A stretch of 64,000 bases of DNA, from the NCBI GenBank assembly GCA_964352295.1, contig CAYGRR010000004.1, positions 17 through 64,016 on the forward strand. Direction: 5' to 3'. A program made the translations under genes and the position numbers. Shown one piece after another: positions 1 through 10,073 of this stretch. The notes beneath the pieces were generated by a model that worked only from the letters and a program-made list of their open reading frames with translations, had not been told where the DNA came from and made no database searches. The DNA comes from an uncultured Pseudohongiella sp. GTDB taxonomy: Bacteria > Pseudomonadota > Gammaproteobacteria > Pseudomonadales > Pseudohongiellaceae. Position 1 is the first letter of the stretch. Each line of letters starts with the position of its first letter.

Positions 1-521
1 GCCTCTGCCTGCTGATTGCACTTTGGTATACCTTTGAGATGACGAGTTTTATCCATGCAGGGGACGATCGTATTGCTAGTCCTGTCGCGTTAAGCGACGA
101 GCTACTCAACCTTGAGCCGGACTATCTAGGCGGTGAAGTACAGCTAAGCACGCTCGATGATAGCCCTGCTGTAGTTAAATCAATAGCGACGCCCGTAGTG
201 TCACTCGATGAGAAGCAATACGCCTTCATCCAATATGACACCGCTGGCTCGACAATCTTCCTTGGTGGACTGGGCACTGCGATTGAGCCGGTCCCTGTTT
301 ACTTCAGCACTCAACATCTATTCAATCTGGCTTGGTCGCCGGTTGGAAATAATCTTCTGTTTGCAAAGCAGCCTACAATGACCACCAACGCGGTCTACTC
401 GACTGCTGCCGAAACGGCAGAGTTAGTCACGCTCAATCTCAACACTCTGGAGACAAGTCGACTGGTGAAGGATATCAATCCTGCAGATAGCAGCTCATCC
501 AGTGGTCTCAATCTTACCTAG
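1..521 (+). CDS. Hypothetical exported protein, 5' end probably outside the window (PD40/TolB-like repeat signature)
   Basis: ORF 39..521. The same frame stays open back to nt 3 (LCLLIALWYTFE, hydrophobic, anchor-like), so the start is probably upstream of the window. AWSPVGNNLLF resembles the WSPDG motif of PD40 propeller repeats. No confident family call. Confidence 0.4.
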   Translation, partial: LCLLIALWYTFEMTSFIHAGDDRIASPVALSDELLNLEPDYLGGEVQLSTLDDSPAVVKSIATPVVSLDEKQYAFIQYDTAGSTIFLGGLGTAIEPVPVYFSTQHLFNLAWSPVGNNLLFAKQPTMTTNAVYSTAAETAELVTLNLNTLETSRLVKDINPADSSSSSGLNLT

Positions 522-534
522 CCATTCAGTGCAC

Positions 535-1458
535 TCACATCTGATGGCTTGCGGGACCTACCAGAGTGGAGAGAAACGAAGTCACTAGTAGAATCGCTAT
601 CGCTACGGCCAGTTCAAGACGAAGTGAACTCCGCAGTCGAAGCGTGCTCTTGCTTTCCAGTAGCACCGGCACGATAAGCAGCTTATTCATAGCGGCGATC
701 AGCAGAATCCCCAACACGAAGCCAAGCTTTATCAGCAAGGCGAACCCATAGTCCGTATTCAATAGCTCCAGCGGCGATTCGAGTAATTCGTAGAGCATCA
801 AAACTCCCGCCAGAACGAGCGTAAAGAGAATCGCTATGGCATTGTCTCCGAATCGCTTCAGAGTGTTCTGCAGGACTGCCAGATCAAGGCTTCTGCTCAA
901 CTGCAGGAAAGGATAGAGGCAACCTATCCATAGGGCAAAGGCTGCGAAGTGGAGAACTATCGCTATTTGCGCTACCGGGCTTAAGACAGACACATGTCCT
1001 GTTATTCGGTGCGAATAGGCCAGAACCGCGAGTGAGGTAAACTGCAGAATAAATAAGAATCGGGTTTGCGTATCCCCTAAGTCTAGACTGGCACGCTGCA
1101 GCTTCTTAATCAGGAATAAACTGGATACACCAGCCAAGATGAACGCGAGTAGTCGTAACAGGGTGACATCGCCGAGCCCCGTATCAAGCAGTATCGAGAT
1201 CATTCCCCAATCGAACATTCCACCCAGACCGCTATCGTTGATCAGACCCACTTGCACGAGGAACCCCAGGAGGACCCCGTGGAAGCCGATAACGGTGCCA
1301 AGAAAAATATAGGAGATGTTCGCGTAGAGTAGCGCTCTATCAGAATTGGCATAGCGCATGGCTGTCAGGCTGCCCCCAGCGATACTGAAGGCGCCGACAT
1401 AGAGTAGCAATTTAGCTAACAGGCTTGCTAGCTCCCAATTGCCAGGGAAAGGAATCAC
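535..1458 (-). CDS. copD: CopD-family copper resistance/transport inner-membrane protein
   Basis: 307-aa polytopic membrane ORF, 18 nt downstream of copC on the same strand (canonical copCD pair). Confidence 0.75.
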   Translation of the reverse strand: MIPFPGNWELASLLAKLLLYVGAFSIAGGSLTAMRYANSDRALLYANISYIFLGTVIGFHGVLLGFLVQVGLINDSGLGGMFDWGMISILLDTGLGDVTLLRLLAFILAGVSSLFLIKKLQRASLDLGDTQTRFLFILQFTSLAVLAYSHRITGHVSVLSPVAQIAIVLHFAAFALWIGCLYPFLQLSRSLDLAVLQNTLKRFGDNAIAILFTLVLAGVLMLYELLESPLELLNTDYGFALLIKLGFVLGILLIAAMNKLLIVPVLLESKSTLRLRSSLRLELAVAIAILLVTSFLSTLVGPASHQM

Positions 1459-1476
1459 AGTACTGCCCAGCGAAGC

Positions 1477-1896
1477 CTAGTGGCCGTGGTCCGCCGATCC
1501 TCCAGCATGGTCTTCGGCAATAGTGGGATCGACCGTGAAGCTATAACTATCGGCTACGGTGTGTCCGTCGGCGCCGATTACGGCCCAGTTGACCGTAAAT
1601 GCGCCGGGATGCATGCCCGGTGTCTCGATCATGAAGGCAGCTTGCGGCTCACTATTGCTCTCGAAGTTTGTAGGCATTTCATGGCCGACGCCCATCAGCT
1701 CCAGCTTCACCAACTTAACAGGACCGTTAAAGCTCAGGTTGATGTGCGCCGGACCTTGTTTAATGATCGCGCCGTTGCCGGGCATGGCTTCTTTCAGCGC
1801 GGTATGCGCAGAAGCTGTGCCAGAAATCATGAACGTAAACAGCGCGCAGGCGACTAGACGCGATGCTGCTCTGAGTGAAAGATGGGATTGCTTCAT
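1477..1896 (-). CDS. copC: CopC periplasmic copper-binding protein
   Basis: 139 aa. The signal peptide ends ASA and is followed by a mature N-terminal His (HTALKEAMPGNG). CopC/YobA-like pattern with a His-rich tail (EDHAGGSADHGH). Confidence 0.8.
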   Translation of the reverse strand: MKQSHLSLRAASRLVACALFTFMISGTASAHTALKEAMPGNGAIIKQGPAHINLSFNGPVKLVKLELMGVGHEMPTNFESNSEPQAAFMIETPGMHPGAFTVNWAVIGADGHTVADSYSFTVDPTIAEDHAGGSADHGH

Positions 1897-2019
1897 AGAA
1901 ACCTCTGTTTAAAAAAGATGAGTAAGATCAGGCAAGTATCGCAGTTTTAAGCAGCATAGGCGATTCCGGCTGTCTGCGTCAAATTGTCGCGGCAGAATCC
2001 CCTTTGCAGACTAACAGCC

Positions 2020-2742
2020 CTAGGACTTCTTCTTCCAGACCTGACTCCTGGGCGACAGATTGATTTCATCGAACACGGTGCCGGAGCGTGACGCCAATAC
2101 CATGGTAACGGCACTGGCGATGTCCTCAGGCTCGATAGCGTTCTCTGGAGAGCTGTCTGGCTCAAACTGCAGCCCGTCGAAGAATGGCGTGCGCACCGCG
2201 CCCGGATTGATCAGCGTCACCCGCACACCGGACTTGCCGCATTCTTCCCGGAGTGCCTGGGAGAAGCCACGAATCGCAAACTTACTGGCACAGTAGATAC
2301 TACCCTGCCGCGCGCCCCTGAGGGCTGCCTCCGAACCCATGAAGATTATGTCTCCCTCTCCCTGCCTTTTAAGCAGAGGCAAGAAGGCCTTCGTCACGAT
2401 AACCTGACTCGTCAGGTTAGTGTCCATCACGAGTCGTATGTCGTTCACGGAAAGCTGCTCTAAGAATCCCATGCGGCCGACGCCGGCGTTGTTAATCAGG
2501 GCCTTCACCGGCAAGCCAATCTCCTCGAGTAAGACGGACATCGCCCCAGGAAGCGCATCGAGATCTGCCAGATCGATACTCCGGCAACTGAAATCTGGGT
2601 GCTCCAATGCCGCCTTCTCGCAGTCTCTAGCGACTCCCAGAACGGCATAGCCTTCTTCCAGCAGCGCCTTGGATAGAGCCAAGCCTATGCCCGACGAAGC
2701 TCCGGTAACGATGACTAGTTGCTTTGTGTCCCGCTTGTTCAA
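2020..2742 (-). CDS. Short-chain dehydrogenase/reductase (SDR)
   Basis: TGASSGIG Rossmann motif and YCASK (YxxxK) catalytic motif. Lies 41 nt downstream of the radical SAM gene. Confidence 0.85.
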   Translation of the reverse strand: MNKRDTKQLVIVTGASSGIGLALSKALLEEGYAVLGVARDCEKAALEHPDFSCRSIDLADLDALPGAMSVLLEEIGLPVKALINNAGVGRMGFLEQLSVNDIRLVMDTNLTSQVIVTKAFLPLLKRQGEGDIIFMGSEAALRGARQGSIYCASKFAIRGFSQALREECGKSGVRVTLINPGAVRTPFFDGLQFEPDSSPENAIEPEDIASAVTMVLASRSGTVFDEINLSPRSQVWKKKS

Positions 2743-2783
2743 AATTTTTACCTTCCGTTTATCTACGCCAATTAGCTACAAGA

Positions 2784-3770
2784 CTAGGCACAGCGGTAGT
2801 ATTTCTCAACCGCTATATGACCTAACAGGAGCTTCTCGATCGCGGCCAGCTGCAAGCCTTGTCCGGCGCTCTTTAGCGCTATCATTCCATCGATGGATTC
2901 CGTGGGTCGCGCGAACAATTCCTCATCGGGGTAGAGCTTAACAATTTTCTTGTGAAAATCGACTGGCATGCGGAACAAGCCACTACTAACCGAATGGAGT
3001 TTCGCGCCATCGATCCTCGAGAAAATTTGCTCGAATAACGACGCATACGGGGCCAGGCCTTCGCCCCCAAGAATCAGTGGTTCGAAGCGAAGTGCCACCT
3101 GCCAGCCAGCGGCTTGCAATTTACTCAGCGCCTCGACTCGCTTATCGATGGAGGGCACTTTGTGCTCCCACTGCGCGGCCGCCTCAGTCGTTGTGAAACT
3201 CATCGCGATCACGCAGTTTGGCACAACTTCCGCCTCTAGCAGGCCTCTGATCTGGGTGCTCTTCGTCCGAATCTCCAGTTCTGCATCAGGGTACTGCCTA
3301 AACAGGGGCAGGAAATACTCGCAGAAATTACTGACCGGCTCTAGCGCCAGACTATCGCAGTCGTAACCGCTGTAGTACACGCCTCCCCCGTCGTTCTCTT
3401 CTATCTTCTCTACGATCGCGCTTTCGAAATCTTCGTAATTTACGAACAGGACATAGTTCGCGGAACTGTACATGCCCTGCAGGAAGCAATAACGGCAATC
3501 GTAAACACAATTCAACATATGCGAGAAGTAATAGCTCCTGCTATCGTTGTAGCCGTAGCCTGACGGCGCGGATAACACCTTATGCCCGTGCTTCTTCGCG
3601 AGTATGAGTGCCGGCGCCATTTTCTGTAGACGAAAGTTTTGCGACTTGCGGTTGAACACCTCACCATAGCGTTCGCAGATGACTTGGGGGACATCGGCAA
3701 ACCTATCGAGCAAGTCTTTCACTCGCTGCGACTCTCGAACTTCCTCTTCAATGTAGATCGTCGAAAACAT
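2784..3770 (-). CDS. Radical SAM protein, spore-photoproduct-lyase (SPL) family-like
   Basis: 328 aa with the CxxxCxxC cluster CVYDCRYCFLQG in an SPL-like context. AGAGGA ribosome-binding site upstream of the ATG. Confidence 0.7.
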   Translation of the reverse strand: MFSTIYIEEEVRESQRVKDLLDRFADVPQVICERYGEVFNRKSQNFRLQKMAPALILAKKHGHKVLSAPSGYGYNDSRSYYFSHMLNCVYDCRYCFLQGMYSSANYVLFVNYEDFESAIVEKIEENDGGGVYYSGYDCDSLALEPVSNFCEYFLPLFRQYPDAELEIRTKSTQIRGLLEAEVVPNCVIAMSFTTTEAAAQWEHKVPSIDKRVEALSKLQAAGWQVALRFEPLILGGEGLAPYASLFEQIFSRIDGAKLHSVSSGLFRMPVDFHKKIVKLYPDEELFARPTESIDGMIALKSAGQGLQLAAIEKLLLGHIAVEKYYRCA

Positions 3771-3788
3771 ACTATCCTCTGCGCGAGC

Positions 3789-4661
3789 CTATAAGGCGCT
3801 CCTGCGATCTAGAAATTCATCGAGCTGCCGAAGCAACTTGCCAGCGTCAGGCAAATTCTTGGCCACCGTGCCGAGATCCGCCTCAAGCCCCAACGCCTTG
3901 TAGCGTTGGCAGAGGCGCCGCAGCTGTAACTTTTGATTTACAGTGAGGCGAACCTTTGAGCACAGGACATGATAATAGTCAGGCAGTCGCTGAGCGGCAT
4001 TGAATTGCTCAACTATCCCGCTCATGGCTTCGACTATTTTTTGAATCTGAGATTGCTGTGCCGCAATCAATCTGGGCACACTGCGCAGGTCGATCTCACT
4101 GAGCGGATTCCCTAGATTGTCTGAGATTATCTTGAACACTTGCACGAGTTCCGCCGTAGAATATTTGTTGGCCTCGGTATAGAACGCGGACGCTTCCATT
4201 TCATAGGCGGCATCAATGGGATAGACATTCTCTGGCACTTCAACAGTTACTACGCTTCCAACTGGAATGCCTGGTATGAGCTGCCCTGGAAAGGCACTCA
4301 CTCCCGCACGCTGATCGAATATCTTGTTTCCAAGCCAAGCAGTTCCTATGGCGGCATCTCTGTGGCCCGCAATTCCGATATTCAGCCACGCTCTTATCTG
4401 GCCATCTTCATTTGCCTGCATCTGCCCTAAGTAACGTACCGCAGCCGCCACGGCGGACTTGCCTATCCCCGACACCAACAGTGTAAGGCCTTGCGCATTT
4501 CGGTACTGCGGGAATTCGGTAGACGCACTGCCCCGCTCGAGATTAAACGCAGACAGCAAGGCTTTCGCCTCGAGACCGTGAGCCACGATAATATTGATTG
4601 GCAGGTTCTGTTCCAGGTTCTCATTCATGCACATCTCGGTACGGACAGTCGTCGTCTGCAT
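3789..4661 (-). CDS. PNP_UDP_1 family phosphorylase/nucleosidase (MTAN / futalosine hydrolase / HpnG-like) with C-terminal extension
   Basis: Motifs GIGKSAVAAA, EMEASAF and IISDNL are typical of Pfs/MTAN-like nucleosidases. About 80 extra C-terminal residues. Start could also be M12 (4628). Confidence 0.65.
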   Translation of the reverse strand: MQTTTVRTEMCMNENLEQNLPINIIVAHGLEAKALLSAFNLERGSASTEFPQYRNAQGLTLLVSGIGKSAVAAAVRYLGQMQANEDGQIRAWLNIGIAGHRDAAIGTAWLGNKIFDQRAGVSAFPGQLIPGIPVGSVVTVEVPENVYPIDAAYEMEASAFYTEANKYSTAELVQVFKIISDNLGNPLSEIDLRSVPRLIAAQQSQIQKIVEAMSGIVEQFNAAQRLPDYYHVLCSKVRLTVNQKLQLRRLCQRYKALGLEADLGTVAKNLPDAGKLLRQLDEFLDRRSAL

Positions 4662-4771
4662 TGGCTCGGCTCCAATGGTGAACGCGCCGCGCTATACAGA
4701 CGGTGATGCCGAGCTCCCTATAGATAATGTTATAGCGCCAAGCAAACTAACAAGGAAGAATCGATCTAGCT

Positions 4772-4797
4772 AAAAAAAGGGAACCGAGGCTCCCTTC
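4772..4797 (-). terminator. Rho-independent terminator after the acyl-CoA dehydrogenase operon
   Basis: Minus strand reads GGGAGC-CTCG-GTTCCC followed by TTTTTTT, about 50 nt after the stop at 4846. Confidence 0.55.
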
Positions 4798-4845
4798 TTT
4801 TACTCCATTACAGACTATCTTTCGTGGCCGCTCAAAGCCGACAGT

Positions 4846-6063
4846 CTAATTGTACTTCGCCAATTCCTTCCTCGCGATGACGCGGCGATGCACCTCGTCC
4901 GGCCCATCCGCGAGACGCAGCGTGCGCTGGCCAGTCCACAAAGCGGCTAGTGGGAAGTCTTGTGAAACACCTGCCGCGCCATGCATCTGAATCGCGCGAT
5001 CTATTACACGCAGCGCCATGTTCGGCACCGCGACCTTGATCTGTGAGATCGCATCTCGTGCGGCCTTATTGCCAATAGTATCCATGAGCCAAGCAGCCTT
5101 ATAGGTCAGCAGCCTGCACATCTCTATCTCGATACGACTATCTGCAATAATGTCGTAGTTGCCACCGAGTTCAGCTAGCGGCTTGCCAAACGCCTCTCTG
5201 CTAACGGAGCGCTGGCACATGAGCTCCAGGGCTTTTTCTGCGGCGCCGATAGAACGCATACAGTGATGGATTCGACCTGGGCCCAATCTACCCTGAGAAA
5301 TTTCGAAGCCTCTGCCGCGACCCAGGATGATATTGCTTTGCGGCACGCGCACATTGTGAAATTTAATATGCATGTGACCGTGGGGCGCATCGTCTCTACC
5401 GAAGACGTGCATTGGCCTGATAACCTCAACTCCCTCGGTATTCATCGGCACTAGTATTTGCGATTGACGCGTGTGCTTCGGCGCATCGGGATCTGTCACA
5501 ACCATAACGATCATGATCTTACAGCGCGCATCGCCAGCGCCGGAGATGTAGAATTTCTCCCCGCTAATTACCCACTCATCTCCATCTAGCACCGCACTGG
5601 TCGAGATATTGGTGGCGTCCGAAGAGGCGACGCCAGGTTCGGTCATCGCGAACGCCGAACGAATTTCACCGGCCAATAGAGGCACCAGCCACTCCTTCTT
5701 TTGTTCTTCGGAACCGTACCGCTCCAACACTTCCATGTTGCCGGTATCGGGAGCACTGCAATTAAATGCCTCCGAGGCGAGCCTGCTTCTGCCCATGATC
5801 TCAGCCAGATGCGCATAGTGCAGATTCGATATCCCTGCCCCGCCCTGACTCTCGGGCAGGAAGAAGTTCCACAGGCCCAGTCTGCGCGCTTCCGCTTTTA
5901 GGCTCTCTAGAATCTCGTCTTGGCGTGGGGTATGCGACCAACGATCGCCTACGCTCACTTCGTTGTGATACTCGACCTCAACTGGCTCAACTTTCTCCGC
6001 AACGAAGGTACGTATCTTCTCGCGCACTTCGACTAAATCTTCCGATAACCCTAAATCCATCAT
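4846..6063 (-). CDS. Acyl-CoA dehydrogenase (ACAD10/11 / FadE2-like)
   Basis: 405 aa with full-length ACAD-like sequence ([35 protein letters not shown]). Confidence 0.9.
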   Translation of the reverse strand: MMDLGLSEDLVEVREKIRTFVAEKVEPVEVEYHNEVSVGDRWSHTPRQDEILESLKAEARRLGLWNFFLPESQGGAGISNLHYAHLAEIMGRSRLASEAFNCSAPDTGNMEVLERYGSEEQKKEWLVPLLAGEIRSAFAMTEPGVASSDATNISTSAVLDGDEWVISGEKFYISGAGDARCKIMIVMVVTDPDAPKHTRQSQILVPMNTEGVEVIRPMHVFGRDDAPHGHMHIKFHNVRVPQSNIILGRGRGFEISQGRLGPGRIHHCMRSIGAAEKALELMCQRSVSREAFGKPLAELGGNYDIIADSRIEIEMCRLLTYKAAWLMDTIGNKAARDAISQIKVAVPNMALRVIDRAIQMHGAAGVSQDFPLAALWTGQRTLRLADGPDEVHRRVIARKELAKYN

Positions 6064-6131
6064 TGTTACTTTCCCCTAATTCGAAAACTAAAAAACTGAA
6101 TAACGTGTATAGAATTGCGATCGACTACTGC

Positions 6132-6896
6132 TTAGCTGGCAATAGTTCCGCCGCCATCGATCACGATTGTCTGTCCCGTGGTAAAGCTGCCCGCATCTGA
6201 GGCAAGGAACACTGCCGCACCTGCAATCTCATCTGGCTCGCCAATTCTACGCAGCGGATATTTAGACACTGTCGCCTTGTAGATCTCCGGATTCTCCCAG
6301 AGCGCCTTTGCGAAGTCCGTCCTTACCAGCCCCGGAGCGATGCAATTCACCCGAATATTTTTCGGCCCCCACTCAACTGCCAAGTTGCGAGCGATCTGCA
6401 TGTCGGCCGCCTTCGATATAGCGTAGGCGCCAAGCGCGTCCGTACCCTTGAGTCCACCGATAGATGACACAATGATCACAGCGCCGCCACCAGTCTCAGC
6501 CATGCCCGGAAGCACCTGCTGACAGAGTCGATGCACGCTACCAATATTAGCATGCATAACCTTATCGAATGCCTCGTCGGGTATGTCCTGAGAGGGACCA
6601 AAATACGGGTTCAGCGCGGCATTACAAACCAGCACATTTACCTTGCCGAGTTGTTGCTCTGTCTTGCTCACCAGATTCTGGAGCTGTTCCTTGTAGTTAA
6701 TATTACAGGCGATTGCTATCGCCTCCCCGCCGGCTTCTCGAATACCAGCGGCGACCTCTTCACAGGCGTCCTGATTGCGGCTAGATATCACAACTCTCGC
6801 ACCCTGCTCCGCCATGCGCGTCGCAATCGCGAGGCCGATGCCCTTGGTTGAACCGGTAATGATGACAACTTTGCCTTCTAGGCTAAATAAACTCAT
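6132..6896 (-). CDS. SDR family oxidoreductase
   Basis: TGSTKGIG and YAISK motifs. Start moved to the ATG at 6896 (MSLFSLEGK), because the longer ORF to 7016 overlaps the upstream SDR gene. Confidence 0.85.
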   Translation of the reverse strand: MSLFSLEGKVVIITGSTKGIGLAIATRMAEQGARVVISSRNQDACEEVAAGIREAGGEAIAIACNINYKEQLQNLVSKTEQQLGKVNVLVCNAALNPYFGPSQDIPDEAFDKVMHANIGSVHRLCQQVLPGMAETGGGAVIIVSSIGGLKGTDALGAYAISKAADMQIARNLAVEWGPKNIRVNCIAPGLVRTDFAKALWENPEIYKATVSKYPLRRIGEPDEIAGAAVFLASDAGSFTTGQTIVIDGGGTIAS

Positions 6897-6969
6897 GTTC
6901 TCTCCCTTCACTAAAACGCTAATTCTTTTAATCGCAGCAAGGACCATCGAAACATCGACGTCTCTCGCC

Positions 6970-7800
6970 TTACTCTGTCCAGGGTCGCTTCCCTTTCGAG
7001 ATACTAGTTCCCCCATCCACCGGAATCACAGTGCCATTCGTGTAGGCACCAGCACGCGAGGCCAGATAAGTCACTATACCTACGATCTCCTCGGGCCTGC
7101 CTACACGGTGCAGCGGACAGTCATCCTCAATATCTGATTTGTAGTGCTCGAAAACGTAGTCAGTCATCTTGGATTCAAAAAATCCCGGTGCAACAGCATT
7201 GACGGTGATATGGCGAGAAGCCAGATCGATGGCGAAGCTACGTGTTAGATGATGCAGTGCAGCCTTGCTAGCGGAGTACGCAAAGGTAGGTATGCGCTGG
7301 ACGATAGGCACGTGAATACCATCCATCGATCCAATATTTATTATTCGTGAAGGGTCAGCTGCCCAGGCCGACTTGGCCAAGAGTGGCACCGCATCTCTGC
7401 TTAGCGAAAATACCGCCGAGAGATTCGTGTTGATAACCTTCTCGAAGCCCTCGTCCGGATAGTCCTCGAGTTTCGCCCCCCAGTTCGCGCCGGCATTGTT
7501 GATGAGTATCGAGAGGCCGCCAAACTCGGATTCGACATACTCTACGAGTCGCTTTCTATCCTGACTTTTCGTTACATCTGTGGCTAGAGCCGAACATTCG
7601 CCGTATCTCGATAGTTCGGTAAGTGCCATGTCGCATTTCTCTTGGCTGCGAGAAGCAATGATAACGCGAGCGCCATTACACAGCAGGCCTTTCGCCATGA
7701 TAAGGCCTAAACCGGAACTCCCTCCCGTGACTAAAGCTGTCTTACCTTCCACGGAGAATAGTGAAGCGGTAATAAAGCTTTTAGCATCTTGCTGTGGCAC
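6970..7800 (-). CDS. SDR family oxidoreductase
   Basis: TGGSSGLG and YSASK motifs. Start overlaps the stop of the upstream gene by 1 nt. Confidence 0.85.
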   Translation of the reverse strand: MPQQDAKSFITASLFSVEGKTALVTGGSSGLGLIMAKGLLCNGARVIIASRSQEKCDMALTELSRYGECSALATDVTKSQDRKRLVEYVESEFGGLSILINNAGANWGAKLEDYPDEGFEKVINTNLSAVFSLSRDAVPLLAKSAWAADPSRIINIGSMDGIHVPIVQRIPTFAYSASKAALHHLTRSFAIDLASRHITVNAVAPGFFESKMTDYVFEHYKSDIEDDCPLHRVGRPEEIVGIVTYLASRAGAYTNGTVIPVDGGTSISKGKRPWTE

Positions 7801-8822
7801 TAGTCCTCATCCGCCACTTTGATCAATTGCTTGCCGAAGTTCTTGCCCTTTAACATGCCTCGAAAATATTCCGGGGCATTCTCCAGCCCCACACCGATAC
7901 TCTCTCTGTACTTCAGTCTGCCGTCTTCCACCCAGCTCCCGAGTTGACGAGTCGCCTCAACCCAGCGTTCGCGCCATTCTGTAACCACGAAGAACCGGTT
8001 CTCCGGCTGTGGATCCAAGGCCTTGAGTATCCGCATCGGCGTCTCTGAGCTCGCTATATCCTCATCGTTATAGTTGGAGATATAGCCGCAGATTGGTACC
8101 CTCGCGCCGGGATTTAACAAGCCAGCGACAGCCTTGGTGACCTCTCCGCCGACATTCTCAAAGTAGATATCCACGCCCGATGGACAGGCTGCCGCCAACG
8201 CCGCAGCGAAATTGCTCGACTTGTAGTCGATACAGTCGTCAAATTTCAGCTCTTCCTTCACGTAACGGCATTTCTCCGGGCCACCGGCGATGCCGACGGC
8301 GCGCAGTCCCTTAATCTTAGCGATCTGTCCAACGGCAGAACCGACGGCTCCCGATGCAGCGGCTACGACTAGTGTCTCCCCCGGCTGCGGCTTGCCTAAT
8401 TCTGTCAAGCCGAAGTACGCTGTCCTGCCGGGCATGCCGACGACGCCTAGATGCGCCGACAGGCTGCCATTGTTCAAGTCGATGCGCATCAATCTTGGAT
8501 CATCCGCATCGGCAACGATGTGGGACTGCCAGCCCATGTGTGCCGCTACGGTGTCTCCTTCTGCGAAATCCGGAGACGTAGACTTAACTACCACACCGCT
8601 CGATTCGCCGGTTATCACATCACCAATCTGCAGTGGGTCGGCATAGGATTTCACGTCATTCATGCGGCCGCGCATATAAGGGTCCAAAGACAGCCAGCAG
8701 ACCCGTATCAAGATTTGATTGTCTGCCAATTCGGGGATATCAACCTGACGAAAGCCGAAGCTCTCGTCGGTTGGCTCTCCGACAGGCCGTTTCGCCAGAA
8801 ACACTTGAGTATTTTTTGTCAT
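7800..8822 (-). CDS. NADP-dependent oxidoreductase, medium-chain (YncB/CurA/PTGR-like)
   Basis: 340 aa. N-terminus FLAKRPVGEPTDESF...SLDPYMRGRM and nucleotide motif AAASGAVGS are typical of the alkenal/enone reductase MDR subgroup. Confidence 0.85.
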   Translation of the reverse strand: MTKNTQVFLAKRPVGEPTDESFGFRQVDIPELADNQILIRVCWLSLDPYMRGRMNDVKSYADPLQIGDVITGESSGVVVKSTSPDFAEGDTVAAHMGWQSHIVADADDPRLMRIDLNNGSLSAHLGVVGMPGRTAYFGLTELGKPQPGETLVVAAASGAVGSAVGQIAKIKGLRAVGIAGGPEKCRYVKEELKFDDCIDYKSSNFAAALAAACPSGVDIYFENVGGEVTKAVAGLLNPGARVPICGYISNYNDEDIASSETPMRILKALDPQPENRFFVVTEWRERWVEATRQLGSWVEDGRLKYRESIGVGLENAPEYFRGMLKGKNFGKQLIKVADED

Positions 8823-8870
8823 TTTATGTCCAGCCCTGCGTTCTTACTCGAGCACAGCAGTCTACTTGAC

Positions 8871-10073
8871 TCACTGCTCGGGGACAACTGACGCCAGCGC
8901 CGAATCCAGTAGAGCTAGCCCTCTGTCTATCTGCGCCTCACTCACGATCAGCGGCGGGATAAGACGGACGACGCGATTTCTTGTGGGAGTCAGCAACAAG
9001 CCCCTCTCCAATGCCGCGGCAGTCACTTCAGCGACGACTTCATCGGAGCCTACTTCGAAGGCGCACAGCAGGCCCTTGCCCCGTATCGCTCCGATCACAC
9101 TCGGATACCTGCGTCGCAGAGCCAGCAAACCAGTCATCAATCGCTCCCCCGACACAGCCACCTTATCTGCTATTTTCTCAGAGACCAGATGATCGATAAC
9201 GGCTGTTGCTACAGAACAAGCTAGGGGATTCCCACAGAAGGTGCCTCCATGATCTCCCTTGCTTAGCCTACTATCCACGCTAGCCGAGATCGCAAAGGCC
9301 GCGAACGGGAAGCCGCCAGCGATGCCCTTACCCATAGTCATGATGTCCGGCGCGATCGCGACAGAACTATGCTCGATGGCGAAAAATTTTCCCGTCCTGC
9401 AGAATCCGGTTTGAATCTCATCGATGATTAACAAGACACCTCGCCGCTTGCACAGCAGGGCAACAGAGGCGAGATAGTCTGCACCTGGTATCCTCACACC
9501 GCCCTCCCCCTGAATGGGCTCTAGGATCACAGCGGCAGTCTTCTCGTCTATCGCTGTCTCTAACGCCGAGTAGTCGCCGAATGGCACGAAGCAATTCCCC
9601 TCTAGGGCCGGCAAGAATTTACTCGTGTTCTCACTACCCCCCGAGACGGACAGCGTGTTGAATGTCCTTCCGTGAAACGAGGCTAGCGTGGACACAATCT
9701 TCGATTTTCCGGAAATCTTCCTCGCGAGCTTGATTGCAGCATCATTTGCCTCGGCTCCGCTATTCGCGAAGTAAATCTTCGAGAGATTACTCGGTAGCAC
9801 GGCACTAAGCGCCTGCAACAATTTCGCTCGAGCAGGCGAATAGGTAAATCCAGAATTTGGGTTCTGTATGATTTTTTGCGCCTGCTTAACGATGGCGTCG
9901 GTTATCAAGGGGTGTGAATGTCCCAGGCAGGTAACGCCCCATCCAGAAGTGAAGTCTAGATACTCCCTACCACTCTCATCCCAAACTAGACAACCCTCGC
10001 CTCGTTCTATGGCGATAGCCTGTCGGTTACAGAATGTGACTCCAAGACGATCTTCTATTTCTATGCTGCTCAT
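8871..10073 (-). CDS. Class III (acetylornithine/GABA-type) PLP aminotransferase
   Basis: 400 aa with ANSGAEANDAAIK, DEIQTGFCRTG and the PLP-lysine region TMGKGIAGG. ATGA overlap with the upstream GNAT gene. Confidence 0.85.
   Translation of the reverse strand: MSSIEIEDRLGVTFCNRQAIAIERGEGCLVWDESGREYLDFTSGWGVTCLGHSHPLITDAIVKQAQKIIQNPNSGFTYSPARAKLLQALSAVLPSNLSKIYFANSGAEANDAAIKLARKISGKSKIVSTLASFHGRTFNTLSVSGGSENTSKFLPALEGNCFVPFGDYSALETAIDEKTAAVILEPIQGEGGVRIPGADYLASVALLCKRRGVLLIIDEIQTGFCRTGKFFAIEHSSVAIAPDIMTMGKGIAGGFPFAAFAISASVDSRLSKGDHGGTFCGNPLACSVATAVIDHLVSEKIADKVAVSGERLMTGLLALRRRYPSVIGAIRGKGLLCAFEVGSDEVVAEVTAAALERGLLLTPTRNRVVRLIPPLIVSEAQIDRGLALLDSALASVVPEQ

Noticed and set aside
1955-2005. GTCAAATTGTC direct repeat and an imperfect palindrome upstream of copC, considered as a CopR/CusR box.
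   Set aside because: The half-sites do not form the inverted ATGACA...TGTCAT arrangement of known cop/cus boxes, and the match is too weak.
6897-7016. 40-codon N-terminal extension of the SDR at 6132.
   Set aside because: It overlaps the 3' end of the upstream SDR. The SDR fold begins right after the internal ATG at 6896.
8290-8891. Cluster of 75-146-aa plus-strand ORFs opposite the MDR oxidoreductase.
   Set aside because: They overlap each other in different frames and lie antisense to a gene with strong family motifs, so they are spurious.
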